A DNA stretch of 64,000 nucleotides from Paraspadella gotoi (lineage: Eukaryota > Animalia > Chaetognatha), in assembly GCA_051294375.1 (NCBI GenBank), contig CM119267.1, forward strand, positions 17,769,780 through 17,833,779, read 5' to 3'. Shown here piece after piece: positions 1 to 13,407 of the stretch (the first letter of the stretch is position 1; each line of letters starts with the position of its first letter). The position numbers and the translations under genes were made by a program. Below the pieces are notes generated by a model. That model had not been told where the DNA came from, did no database searches, and saw only the letters and a program-made list of their open reading frames with translations.

Positions 1-473
1 TCTCAAACATTGATTACTGATCTCTCTTCTTCTTTCATTCCTTTTCTCTTTCCAATCTCCCTTTCTCACTCCACCTCGCTCTCTCTTTCCCCCACCTACC
101 CCCACCGCCGTTCGGCGCCAACTCACTCCGTCTGTTGTGAGAAATCTCGGAACTTTAATCAAGGCGTCGGTGATTATTTTCCCGGTGACACTTTCGCGTC
201 CTCTGCCGGCTTTCTTTCTTTTCTTTTTTTTAATTTGGTCGTCTCCCTTTTTTTTCTTTTGAACTATTTATATAGAATTTTGAATACGGGGGTCAATAAC
301 TCTCTGATTATTCCTGTCCTTCAAAAAATTATTCCAAAAGGAAAAAGTTATATTTGGAAGATTCCGCCTCATGAAAGGCGTTTATGAATTTATGGAGAAA
401 GTCGCGCGCTGAGGTCTACGGCCGCACCTGTGAATCATTGAACGCATCTGAACTCCCTTAGACCGCTGGTCGG

Positions 474-569
<96 letters not shown>

Positions 570-1210
570 CTCTTTAAAGAATGTCTTTTTGTCGCTTCTA
601 AAACCATTTTAAATTTTTTTTCACTGAGAAATTTGTAAAAAAATTGCGAGATATATCAGTTTTTCTTACGATAGGCAAGGCTTCAAAGTATTTATTTATC
701 GATAATTTGATGTATTGAACGTAAAAACATTTGTCCGTCGGTTCTCAATGTCTTTCCGATAACAACAAAGATTACCGCTGACTCGCTCTCACGTTCGATC
801 CCACGCTCGCACCACGGGAGCCGATGTCCCTCCAATTTTTCATCCCCGTAACAAGAATTGACGCTGTTACGGTGTTACACGGTCAACGAAATTTGCAACG
901 AACGCCCACGGAGACGTTCGATGGCGCGTTTGGGGGTTCAATGCCGAGCCAAAGGTCGCGATTCTTAGATTGGTTTTTAACTTGAAGTAATTAAATAATT
1001 GATATTCGATAATTGAGCAATGATTAATTGAATGAGGTGAATTAACTTAAAACAACTTGAATGGCAATTAACCTTGGATTTAAGGTCAGCAGATTTATTG
1101 GCATTTAACATCGTATCATTTCGTATTTGACGGCAATTGACGGCAAGTTTCACGGAATTTTACTTTAGGTTTAATAACGTTTTACTTTTAATTTAATTTT
1201 AATATTTGGG

Positions 1211-1298
1211 TTAACGTCATTCAACTTTGCATTTAACGGTATTCAATGTCGCATTTTACGCCATTCAAAATCGGAAATAACGCTATTTAACTTATACA
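1211..1298. repeat. Degenerate 22-bp tandem repeat (about 4 copies, with an 11-bp sub-period)
   Basis: Units start at 1211 ttaacgtcattcaactttgcat, 1233 ttaacggtattcaatgtcgcat, 1255 tttacgccattcaaaatcggaa, 1277 ataacgctatttaac; more decayed copies extend back to about 1100. Confidence 0.7.
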
Positions 1299-1471
1299 AT
1301 AACTTATACATTTTCATCAATTCTCCCTTAGTTTTTCGAAATATTCTTCCACCCACCAAACTGACGTTACGTCTTCGACTCTCTCAAAACAAACTCTCCG
1401 CCCTCGTTCCCATTCCTCACTCGTGCAGTTCCTCATTCTCCCACATTTTAGAGTTATTTTCGGCAGAGTCG

Positions 1472-1539
<68 letters not shown>

Positions 1540-1827
1540 CATTCCTCCTTTTCTTCTCAGTGGCTTCGTCGGTATTTATACCCGTCATTCACTGAAAGCT
1601 TTTTGGGTCAGTTTCGGCAGCCGAAGTTTTTTTTTTTATTTTTTTTTTTTTTTTTTTTTTATTTTTGGCTTTTTTTTCCCTTTTTCATTGAGTTTCGAAT
1701 TGAGAGGAAAAAGGGAAAAAATGAGGACGAAACTTTTGAATAATTTTATAAGCGTCTATGGCAACGGGAGGATAGCCTGTGATACCCGGGGCGCGGGGTA
1801 TCTCACCATCTGGCGTAGGGGCTGCGG

Positions 1828-1896
1828 ACCCTCACGTCGTTATTTCTTAGTGATTTATTCTTCAACCCTCACGTCGTTATTTCTTAGTGACGTCAC
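1828..1896. repeat. Perfect 26-bp direct repeat; the second copy runs into a CRE-type palindrome (GTGACGTCAC)
   Basis: accctcacgtcgttatttcttagtga at 1828-1853 and 1865-1890; gtgacgtcac at 1887-1896. Confidence 0.85.
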
Positions 1897-3614
1897 GCAT
1901 AAACAAGCACATTGGACACTGTTGCACAATCCACACGTCAGTTTTTGTAAATTTCTTTAAAAAATTCTTGCGGTTACTTTGAGTAAAGTACATTGTATGA
2001 TTGTAAAATTGTGCATTACTCTCTCTCTCTCTATCTCTCTCGCTCTCCATCTCTCTCGCACTCCTCCTGGTTTTGTCTTTGTGATTTGTTTGCTGTCGTC
2101 AAATCGAGATTTGTTGACTCCAATTTCCTCTTTTTATTTTTCTTATTTTTTTCTTCTTTTCTTTTTCTTTTATCGCGAAAGAGTCCCTTTTATGGTTCCC
2201 TTTATTACTGACTTTACTTTGTCCTCTCTCACTCACTCTCTTCCTTTTTTCGACCTCTTCTTTCTTCAAATCATGCACCCCACACTCATCCCCAGCTTAT
2301 GTTCTTTGACACCATGTCTGCCATGTTCCGCCCTGCTTTTTATCTCCGCTACCATTTCGCCCCATTTATTTACGCTTTCTTTTTTTAATTTCTTAATTCA
2401 TTCTAAAAATTGTTCTTTCAAATTTTTCTTTAAAAAGCTTACTTTTCCCCCTTTGAGCCTTTTTTTTTTTCGTTTTATTTGCGCAAGTATTTCTTTATTT
2501 GCGAAATATATATTTTTTGTTGCTTTTGTTTTCTTTTTATTTACCGTCGATTTTCTTTCATTTCCATACCAAGCCTCCCTCCCTTCGACCCATAACCCGC
2601 CCCATTTTTTTTTGGGGACTATAATACATTTGGCTTTTAAAAACGCGCGTTTTCAGCCTTGTTTTTTTTTTCTTTTTCGCCCTTTATATTATTATATATG
2701 CCTTCAATACGATAATTTTGTATTTTATATACTCCTTCGTCCTTATTCCTTTACTTTTATGACGTTATTCACGCACTTTTTTCTTTAAAAAAAAAAGAAA
2801 AAGAATTTTACGGTCCTTGGTCGCTCTTCCCAGAAATGCGATAAAAGTTGGGATTTTCGTTTCGCGTCGAAATCTTCACGAAGGTCAAATTCCGTTGTTT
2901 TTTTTTCATCTTCACTCTCTTCACCAGTAAGAGTTTAAACAAGAAGGATTCGAGTCTCACTGATAAATAACAATATCACTAGAAGCGAATAGCATCGCTG
3001 TTGTGAACGTCACCATCACCGACAGGATCAATCCAGACATATCTGCGACTCGCTTCACCATCCCATCCCTCATTTTTTCACTTGAATCGAGACGCGTCTC
3101 GCTCGAATCCATTCACGCGACCACGCAGTCACTCTTCATTTTTCCAGCCCATAATTCACGATTTATTCTTCACCGCGGCTCGATGTCCCCTCGTTCCAAT
3201 GTCGGCTTCACTTCCGCTTGGCTTCGTTTATGAAAGTAAATATATACCTTTATTTCTTTTTATTAATAGTTATATTTACGAGTTCAATTCCCGTATTAGA
3301 ATTTAGAAGAAATTAACTTTCAATGAAGTTAAATGAATTTTAGACTTTTGCAGGCAATTGGCGTCAAATTTAATTTTAAGCTTATTACAGCTTACTCTTT
3401 TTTTGAGCAAGACTGCGGCGTTCTGTGTGCTTTACATTTTTCACAGTTTTTCTTTATTTTACAAAAAACAATATGACGCAGTAACATATACCATATACAA
3501 TATACATATTGTATCGTAATCGTCGTAATGTCTTCATTATTACTTATTACCTGTTGCAAAAAAGGAAGTCAGCCATTATAGGCATTATTATCATAGACGC
3601 GGAGGTTTCAAAAA

Positions 3615-3649
<35 letters not shown>

Positions 3650-3756
3650 GGTTTTCGTTCGCAAATAAGTCTCCGAAAACAAGTCTCTGAGTGACTAACA
3701 ACACGTTTTGAACCCCCATGCACGCTTAATTTCGCGAATCAAGGTGAGAGAGATTG

Positions 3757-3829
<73 letters not shown>

Positions 3830-3921
3830 GAGCGGCGAATGTGGCATTGAGGTGCTTGTGAACCCAAACATGCATAACTCGTCCCCTGCGACGACAAATG
3901 CTTCAGAAAGGTTGCAAGCAT

Positions 3922-4091
3922 GAAGAAGAAGAAGAAGAAAGAAGAAGAAGAAGAAGAAGAAAGAAGAAGAGGGGAAGAAAGAAGAAGAAGAAGAAGAAGA
4001 AGAAGAAGAAAGACGAACCACAGATGATGATGATGATGATGAAATGATGATGGTGATTATTATTATTAGTTATTATTATTATTATTACTTA

Positions 4092-4122
<31 letters not shown>

Positions 4123-4783
4123 ATTATTAATTATTATTATTATTAGAATGATGAAAAACCACGAAAATCTTTCAGCTAACAGCTTTACTGTAAATGAGAT
4201 GATGATGATGAACGTAGAATTAAAAATAAACTCAGAATGTTTAATTTATAATTTCAAATTAGATAAATTGTGTTTGTAAAAAACATGACTTTCAGAAATC
4301 ACTGAATGGCTCAAGGATATTTTACAATAAATATAATATATTCTTTAGCCGTTTGTGGCCGAAAACAAATTTTACACTTTTGAAACAAAATCAAAGAGGA
4401 AAAAGAAAAAAACTTTTGAAAAAACTTCTTTTTTAAATGATGTTATAAAACTAAAAAGCTAAAAGATTAAAAAGCTTAATTGCAAATGTTTTAAAACGCG
4501 TCTTTGAAGCCTTGGAAAACAGGGGACTAGACTCGAACTGCCGGAGAGAAGAGAGAGAGAGAAAGAAGAGAGGAGAGAAGAGAGAGAGAGAGAGAAGAGA
4601 GAGTAGAGAGAGATCGTGCTGTGGTTCTTACACGTTCTACTGAATATGCAAAGAATTTATTGATGGTATGATGAAATAAACCGCTTGAGAATCATGGATG
4701 GAGGCAGAAGTAGGGTTGGGAGAAGGAACGACAGTGAAAAAGAGTGAACAAAGCATGAAGAGAGAGAGAGAAGAGAGAGAAGA

Positions 4784-4828
<45 letters not shown>

Positions 4829-5144
4829 TGAAAGAGACAGAGAGGAAGGAGAGTGGTGAGGAAAAGTTTAATAGAAATACGCACTATATTTTCCGTCGCA
4901 CAAAAGGTTTATTTATTTCATGTGTAAACTAGTTAATCAACATTGAACCATTAAGAAAAAACGTGAAGCTTGATCAATAAATATCTGACTCATCGAGATA
5001 ATTTACATGTTCTTATGGCAAGGGTGAAGTATTTCTCTCGTCGATGAANNNNNNNNNNNNNNNNNNNNNNNNNAGAAGAAGAAGAAGAAGAAGAAGAAGA
5101 AGAAGAAGACGACCACGATGATGATGATGATGATGATGATGGTG

Positions 5145-5209
<65 letters not shown>

Positions 5210-5577
5210 GATGATGAAAACCACGAAAATCTTCACTACAGCTTTTACTTAAATGACGATGATGATGATGACGTAAATTAAAATAAACTCAAGAATGTTT
5301 AATTTATAAATTCAATTAGATAAATTGTGTTTTAAAAACATGACTTTCAGATCACTGATCTCAAGGATATTTTACAATAAATATATATATTCTTTAGCCG
5401 TTGTGCGAAAACAAATTTTACACTTTTGAAACAAAATCAAAGAGGAAAAGAAAAAAACTTTTGAAAAAACTCTTTTTAATGATGTAAAAACTAAAAAAGC
5501 TAAAAGCTTAAAAGCTTATGCAAATGTTTTACCGTCTTGAAGCCTTGGAAAACAGGGACTGACTCGACTCCGGAGAA

Positions 5578-5613
<36 letters not shown>

Positions 5614-5814
5614 GAGAGAGTAGAGAGAGATCGCGCTGTGTTCTTACACTACTGAATATGCAAATGAATTTTGATGGTATGATGAAATAACCGCATTGAG
5701 AATCATGGATGAGCAGAAGAGGGTTGGGAGAAGGAACGACAGTGAAAAAGAGTGACAACAGAAGAGGAGGGAGCAAGAGAGAGATGAAGAGAGAGAGAGA
5801 GAGAAGAGAGAAGA

Positions 5815-5870
<56 letters not shown>

Positions 5871-6077
5871 CAGAGAGAGAGAGAGTGTGAGGAAAAGTCT
5901 TAATAAGGAAATACGCCTATATTTTTCCGTCGCACAAAGGATTTATTTATTTCATTGTAAACTAGTTAATCCAACATTGAACCATTAAGAAAAACGTGAA
6001 GCTTGATCATAAAATATCTCTCATCGAGATAATTTACATGTTCTTGGCAAGGTGAAGTCATTTCTGTCTCGATGAAG
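3922..6077 (+). repeat. About 1-kb tandem duplication across a 25-N gap (3922-5048 vs 5074-6077), probably a gap-filling artefact
   Basis: Both copies start with the compound (GAA)(GAT)(ATT) tract and end ...gagataatttacatgttc...gatgaa. Differences are almost all 1-bp indels. The N run at 5049-5073 sits exactly at the junction. Confidence 0.9.
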
Positions 6078-7317
6078 CTTCGATCTTTTATTTAACGTCT
6101 TTCTCTCTCTCTTTCCCTTTCTCTCTCTTTCTCCATCTCCCTCTCGTTATTACTCTATCTCTCTCCATGTATATGAAATTTGTACTACCTTTATAGTTCT
6201 ATCTATCAAACTCTTAAGGTAAGTAATTAATAAATAAGCACTTTCATGTTTTTGTTCAATATTTTTTAAAACTAAAAAAGGAAGAAGCATAAAGCACAAC
6301 TTTAAATTCATAAAACCGGCTTAAGGGGACCCAGTGATAAAAATGATATCATAAGCATCAAAGGAATTTGAAATGGTGATAGCTTAATTTTTTTCTTGCA
6401 CGGGAAACTGGCAAAAAAATTCCTATCGTCTTATTGTAGGCGGAAACAAAAATTTAATAATTATGAAAAAAAAATTTAGTTGACCTACTTTTTAATATAA
6501 TCATTATTTTATTTTTGCATAGATAAGATTTTTTACTAAAAATTCCAACTTTTTAATTTTTTTACTGTAGCAAAGCTATAATTTTAAGGTTTAAGCCTCA
6601 TTGAACATAGGCTTTATAAGAATAATATTTTTTAATATTTTTATATTTACTTAAAAAGCAGACCAAATCAAACCTAAATCTATCTTCAGAAACAAAACTG
6701 TAATAAATTATTATTAATATTTATATTCATTCCCGTTAAAATGTATAATTAAACTATATTGATTCCTAATTATAACAATGTAATAAATTTAGCAGAAGTT
6801 ACAGAAATCTTTCTTTTTTTTTTATATTTATATTACTTCAAAGAGTTTTATTTTCATCCAATTAACAGAATCATTTGAAAAGAAAGTTTAAATAAAAATC
6901 AGTCGATTACCTTAAATTTGATTCATTCTAGTTTTTTTTCTTATAAAATTTTTTGTGATAAAAGCGAAAAATGCTTTTTAAAATTAGATCTTACCTTTTT
7001 TTGGAAAAAAAAATTTTAATAGAAAAGATTTTCTTCTTACCGATTTTTAAAAGAAAATTAAGCTCGCTGATTTTATCGAATTTTTTAACTACTTTCCCAA
7101 ATGATTATAGAAGAAAAATTATATGATCAGAACCAGCTTAAGTTAAAGGGTCAAACGTTATGTTTTTCANNNNNNNNNNNNNNNNNNNNNNNNNGCTTTT
7201 TACCCCCCCTGTTCACTTGGTCCCCTTAAAAAAAGAAAGAAAACAGTTTTTGAAGTAAAAAAACTGTGGTTTTTCCAAATGCAGCTGCCATCATCAATTA
7301 CTCCTTCTGGGCGACAT

Positions 7318-7369
<52 letters not shown>

Positions 7370-7378
7370 CTTTTTTAA

Positions 7379-7810
7379 AAACAAGTTTGAGCAAACAATG
7401 TCGGATCTGCCCACGATCATTATCGGTAAAAAAATAATCGAAAAAGAAGCATAATCAATTAGTGAAACAGGTTTTTTGTTTTTTTCTATTTAAACTCATT
7501 TCCACTCAGACGATTCCAGCGAAACTTGATTTTCAGCTTAATCACACACTTTCCAACCCACACACAAAATTTCATTCTAATCTATCTATCCAATCACGAG
7601 TAATTGGTGTTTTTTGCTAAGGTGGGACGGACGGACGGACAGACAGACAGATGTAAAGACAGACTGACATCATTTTTTTGGCATAATTTATCATAATTCG
7701 ATATTCTGACATGATATAAGTGAGTGCCCGATAGGATTGAGGGGGCGGACCGACGGACCGACAAAGTGAATTATAGAGTCGGGATCTGCTTATAAGCAGA
7801 TCCGACTAAT
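7379..7810 (-). mobile_element. Non-autonomous Helentron-associated element (HINE / DINE-1-like), apparently full length
   Basis: 5' hairpin agtcgggatctgct-tata-agcagatccgact (7777-7807). Perfect 11-bp subterminal inverted repeats GTCGGATCTGC (7400-7410) / GCAGATCCGAC (7796-7806). (GTCY/GACR)n tracts at 7625-7670 and 7746-7762. 3' stem-loop gtttg-ag-caaac (7385-7396), and the minus strand ends CTTGTT into a T run. This is the described DINE-1/HINE layout. Confidence 0.75.
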
Positions 7811-9895
7811 AAGAATTGGAGCAATAAATTCAATGTTTTCTTTTATTAGATTTTATGAATTCGTAGTTGTGCCATAATCTGATGCACATCATTCTCCAAC
7901 TCGTCCCATCTGCTAGTCCTTCTCAGCTTCCGATCTCTCTTTTCCCTTTTAAGCCATAAAAGTTCAAAAAGGTTTCTTTTTCCCCGACCTTTTATATCTG
8001 GTCTCCACGCTTTGTCCTCTGCCCTCTGCCCTTTACACTTTGACCTCCAGCCCCTCAACTGACCGACTCCTGAACTCCACACATTGCTCCTTGACCTAAA
8101 TCTACGGCTTATGCTCTCATCCGAAAAGTAAAAAAAAAGAAAAAATAGCAAAAGACCTGATAAATCATTTAAACATTCTTTTTGTACTATCTGCGCGTCG
8201 AATTCTACTTTTAGTTACAATTCGCTGACACATATTTTTTTCTGAAATTGTTTGGGGTTTTGTTTTGTTAACATTGTCTCGTTTATTTGTTGGCTCACAC
8301 ACGTTTATTTTTAGCATAATATTCACAAACCGACAGAACCACCAAGAAGAAAAAATGATAAAAAAACGTAATGTTAGGCGAAAATCTTGCTTAAAAAAAA
8401 AATTCAACATTTTTTTCTAATAGAGATTTCCGTTCGAAATCTGACTGCCCAACTTTACAAACGAGCCGCAAGAAATTCCGGTAGAAAACAGTTGTAAAAA
8501 CACCCGATTCCGACAGCTTTGCATCTCAAGAGCTCGTTCCTTTCTTCTTTGTGGCTTTTATAGATTTTAACTATCAAACAAGCCAGGGAAATGAACTACT
8601 CATCTCCGGAGGATTTTTCAAAACTCATTTTTACTATAGAAATGAAAGGGAAATTTCAACTTTTTTAAAAATTACAAACGGATTAGGGTATGTTAGCATT
8701 ATAAATGGTCCCTTTGAATTATGAGATTCCAAAAGTCTTGTGTTCCCTAGAGCTCGTTCTATTTTTCTTTTTATTATTGACCAATTTTTTCAATATAAAC
8801 CCAACATGGTAAAGTGAATTGGTCCAGTTTCATCGCGAAATTTTTATTTAAAAAGAAATTAAAAGGAAAGGTTAAGAGAAAAAACTTATTTTTCCTAATA
8901 TCTTTTGAGGAACAAAGATAAATGGTGGCATAGTAACAAAAATGAAGCCATAATCATAGGGCACATTCAAGATACAATTTTAGAATTATTTTTGCTGAAA
9001 ATCTCTTTACAGGGGGAGTGTCAAACTAAGTCAAAATTATAAATTAATTTTAAAACTAATGAACACCCCATAAGAATAAATAAAAATTAAATTCTTTTTA
9101 ATGATTCTGAAGAAAAAAAGCTAAATTGGTACTCGAGTAAACTTAAAAGTTTTTGGATAAAGAAAATGTAAATTGTTTTCACTTAATAATTGCTTGTCTG
9201 ATTTTACAAGCATGCTTACAAAATTCTACAAAATATTATTCAACCCCATCACAGTCTAAGTATTTATCTTTCTTTTCCACAGCAAAAAAGTAAACATTAT
9301 CCCTATTTTAGAGAACAGGGATGTTTACTGAAAGGAGCGAAGAAGATGTCAACTTTTTCACTTTAATTTCCATTTTTTAATAAAAAATGGCAAATTTTTT
9401 AAATTACTCAACTTTCACAGGCTTCACAAGACATTACACTTTCACAATATCCCAATGTTAATGTAATGTATTATAATTTTTTTACCTAGAAATTATAAAA
9501 TATTAGAAAGTTGTGGATTCCTTTCGCTCATTGAAAGGAAAAAAAAATTAACTACGGAATTATAAGTTTTAAGAGGAAGTCAGAATCGGCGAAAATCTTA
9601 AAAAGGCGAAAATGTTGAAAAAAGGGAGAGGAATTTTGTTGCTTTTGGTCGATTTCTTCTAAAACCATTGGACCAATTAAGATGTAACATTAAGATTTAC
9701 ATTATTCCAGTCATTCTCTAATCCAAAAATATAAAAATATTACGAAAAAAGGTTTGGGATCTGAGTTTCGGAATTTGGTTCTAGTAATGTAAAAGAAAAA
9801 CGAAATGAAATAAAAGGGAAAGAAAAAAGAAGAGCACTGGAAGGGAAGAATTTTAAGTGGAACAGGAAAATCGAATTTTAGTGTGAGAAATGGTG

Positions 9896-9972
<77 letters not shown>

Positions 9973-9976
9973 AGAG

Positions 9977-10007
<31 letters not shown>

Positions 10008-10084
10008 GAAGAAAAAGGGAGAGAAATTATTTAAAAAATGAAGATTTAAAAAACTGATGTACAATATATTTTATCCCCTAAAGA

Positions 10085-10141
<57 letters not shown>

Positions 10142-10170
10142 AAAAGAAAGAAAGAAAAAAGAAAGAAAAA

Positions 10171-10201
<31 letters not shown>

Positions 10202-10361
10202 AATGAAGATTGAAGATTGAAAGAACTGATGTGCTATATCTCTTATGCTCTTCAAATTTATGACAGATTTCTCGTAATTCGATACCTCGTCGTGGATCGG
10301 CGCTTTCCCTATCTTTTTTTTCTCTCTCTTTCTCTGTCTCTCTCTCTCTCTTTCTATCTTT

Positions 10362-10421
<60 letters not shown>

Positions 10422-10582
10422 ATCTCTCTCTCTTCTATCTCCTCTTGCTTCCGTCCAACCATTATGGAAAAAAACGATTCCCCTCCAAGTATGAATGAGA
10501 GAAACAATGAAAAAAAAAACCAGAAAAAAAAAAATCAAAAACCGATTTAATTCTATTGCTCTTTTGTTTCAAGCTTGAGGGG

Positions 10583-10661
<79 letters not shown>

Positions 10662-11137
10662 CGTGATGAGCTTTAGTGAAGAGAGAATTGGAATGATACG
10701 TATCCATTGTCAATTTTCAATCTTACATTTTAATAATCGGATTCAACATTTTAACACAATCGTCTCCCTGCGACGCCAGAGCGACGCGCGACCTTTTATT
10801 TTACTTAGTGTATCTATTAATAGAATTTATTCTAAACTCACGCTATTAATCTAAATAATGACGCCCGGAAAATATTTAACAAAGGATCACGGATATGACA
10901 AATTGAAAAAAATGGTTTTAGCACAAGAAATTAACATTCAAAATTGATGAATGATTAATTATAACAGAATGTAATAACATTGACGTTCCAGGTAAAATCT
11001 CCATTGACAACGATACTAATTTAGCTTCGAACGGGACTGTCTCAAGTCATTTCACACCGCAGAGATGAAGTTGAAGCTTGGAAACCAGAAAAGAAGCCTC
11101 TCGCGAGGCCTCACGTCACGATTGACGAAAAAAGGGC

Positions 11138-11256
<119 letters not shown>

Positions 11257-12394
11257 GAATTAATAAATCCTTTCATCATGAATTCCCCTTTGCGGTTTTA
11301 GTGTTTCTCCCCTTCATTTTTCCCTCCACCTTCGACGGGGTCCAACGAAGATGCTGCATCTACGCTGCATCTGTGCAGCATTTTTGCTACACCTCAGCGG
11401 CGCAGCGGCGCAGCGATATATAAATATCAAAACGCCTTTTCAATAGCGCAAATTTCATCTAAATAAAAGCGCACACGATATTATGTTTATTATAAATTTC
11501 TACTCACAAAAAATAACAGCTCGTATCAACAACATAGTATCTACTAGTTATGTTTATTTACTGTGAAAATATATTCTTTCAATGTATTCCGCGAATCCAA
11601 AGACCCGAACGCCATCTGACAACCTGCTGTTCTATTCAACGCGCTCCTTACACTGCGGGAACGATCTGGCCGGGGCCTGACTTGATTGAAAGGCCATCTC
11701 TTCGTGGAATACGGAACGCGATATGTCAAGAGAATATAAAACGTATTTCTAAGTGGACTGATAATAATGATTTAATTAAGAATTAAATATTTGTTGAAAA
11801 TAATCAACAATTTTTTTTTTATTAAATTCAAACGCTTTTGGGGTTTCGGAAGCGTGGGCGGGTTTAAACATAGGAAACCAAGAAAAAAAAAAAGATTTAT
11901 AATTTGAACATTTATTAAATTAGGCGACAGGAAGGGATTATCTTCCGGCGCTCTTTTCATCCCCTGTTTTACCCTGTATTATTCGCCCGATGTTCCTAAA
12001 GGACACGCGCCAGTGGTCACGCTACCCAATGAGTTTCGTCCGACATTTATAGTAAAAATAAAGTCAAAGACGGAAGGGCGACTTTAACTGTTGGCCTCTT
12101 CACTCCACCGGAAATGCGGAAGGACATCTCCTTTTGCATTTCATTTTCGTCGAGGGTTCAACTTCTTTCTAACAGTATTTTTTTTTTCATAGAAAAAGTT
12201 TACTTTGTTTCCATTCCTAAATCAGCACCAAAATTTTAAATAGTCGATAACGAAAATAAACTAATATTCCTATTTACTTATCTTTATTTTGATTTACTAA
12301 ATTAACAAACGTGTTTAATGGAAAAGTAAATCCGAGTGCGATTTTAATAGAAAGCGATGCTATCATGGTTATTTTAAATTAAACTTTCTTCTAC

Positions 12395-12704
12395 GTTATT
12401 AGCGGAGCAACTTTATAAGTCACTTTTCGGTTGGTCTGTCGGTCCGTCTGTCGGTCCGTCTGTCGGTCTGTCCATCGGTATGTCTGTCCGTCGGTCTGTT
12501 CTACTTACTTTAAAAATGCATATAATTTGACTATAGTTTGTTGCTCATTTGTTATGACAGAAAAAACCTTAAATGACAGAGACTACTAGCGCCGCCTTCA
12601 GGAATTCCTAAAACTATAAGGAAAAAGACGGAATGTGATCAAAGGGAAATACATGTGAAAATAAAGTCACTGCGGCGCAACAAATTTGAATTACCGTTCT
12701 TGTT
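12395..12704 (+). mobile_element. HINE / DINE-1-like element, second family, copy 1
   Basis: gcggagcaac-tttataagtcacttttcgg, then (GTCY)n at about 12430-12500; 3' gcggcgcaac (12672-12681) and terminal cttgtt followed by a T run. Aligns with 30861-31211. Confidence 0.75.
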
Positions 12705-13347
12705 TTTCTTATTTCCCAGAATTTCCCGTTTTTGGTCTCCTTTTTTTTGGTCCCAGGTTAAGAATCTTATCGATTTTGGAAAGGGGACAGAGAAAGAGGA
12801 AAGCAAACTGGGAAATTAAACCGAGATGAGGAGGAGTAAGAGGATGAAAGACGTGAAAAAAATCTTAAATTGTTCACAGAGAAGTAAAAAAAAAGGCGAG
12901 CGATTTTCGCTGGCCACAACCGAATTGTCTCTGTTGAGAGAAAGAGAGAGAGAGAGAGAGAGAGACTAATGAATTAAGTATATTCATTCTTATTTTATTC
13001 GTAGCCTTTCTACCCATATTTCAAAAGTTTAGAATGCAGTTTGTAAATGAAGCCTTTATAGGTTTTACGCTTCAAGCAGTAATTAGTAAATGGCCAGTGG
13101 CCACGAAAAAAAGAACAACAAGTGATATTGATTTCGCTTTTTCAATCCCCACTTTTTCCACGTCTTCTCTTTGATCTTCTATTCTCCCCCTCCTCCTCCT
13201 CTTCCTCCTCTTTAACTTTCTTCACTCTTTGCCTTCACTTCTTCCTTCTCTGTCTCCACCTCCAGCATTCCCAGCCAAATTATCTTGCCCTCAATCGCTG
13301 ACCCTTTTTCTCTCTCTCTCTCCGAAATTCCCTGGCCCGAGAGTGTT

Positions 13348-13407
13348 CCACTCGCCACTCGCCACTTGCCACTCGCCACTCGCCACTCGCCACTCGCCAC
13401 TCGCCAC
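13348..13407 (+). repeat. (CCACTCG)n heptamer repeat, about 8 copies
   Basis: Directly visible; it produces the LATRHSP / WRVASGE pseudo-ORFs. Confidence 0.95.

Noticed and set aside
6197-6218. 22-nt microexon candidate (ttatag|...aag|gtaagt)
   Set aside because: Isolated splice-like signals with no partner exons; expected by chance in AT-rich DNA.
8505-8830. Diverged direct repeat of about 220-bp period sharing agagctcgttc
   Set aside because: Too decayed to define ends or family; probably old TE debris.
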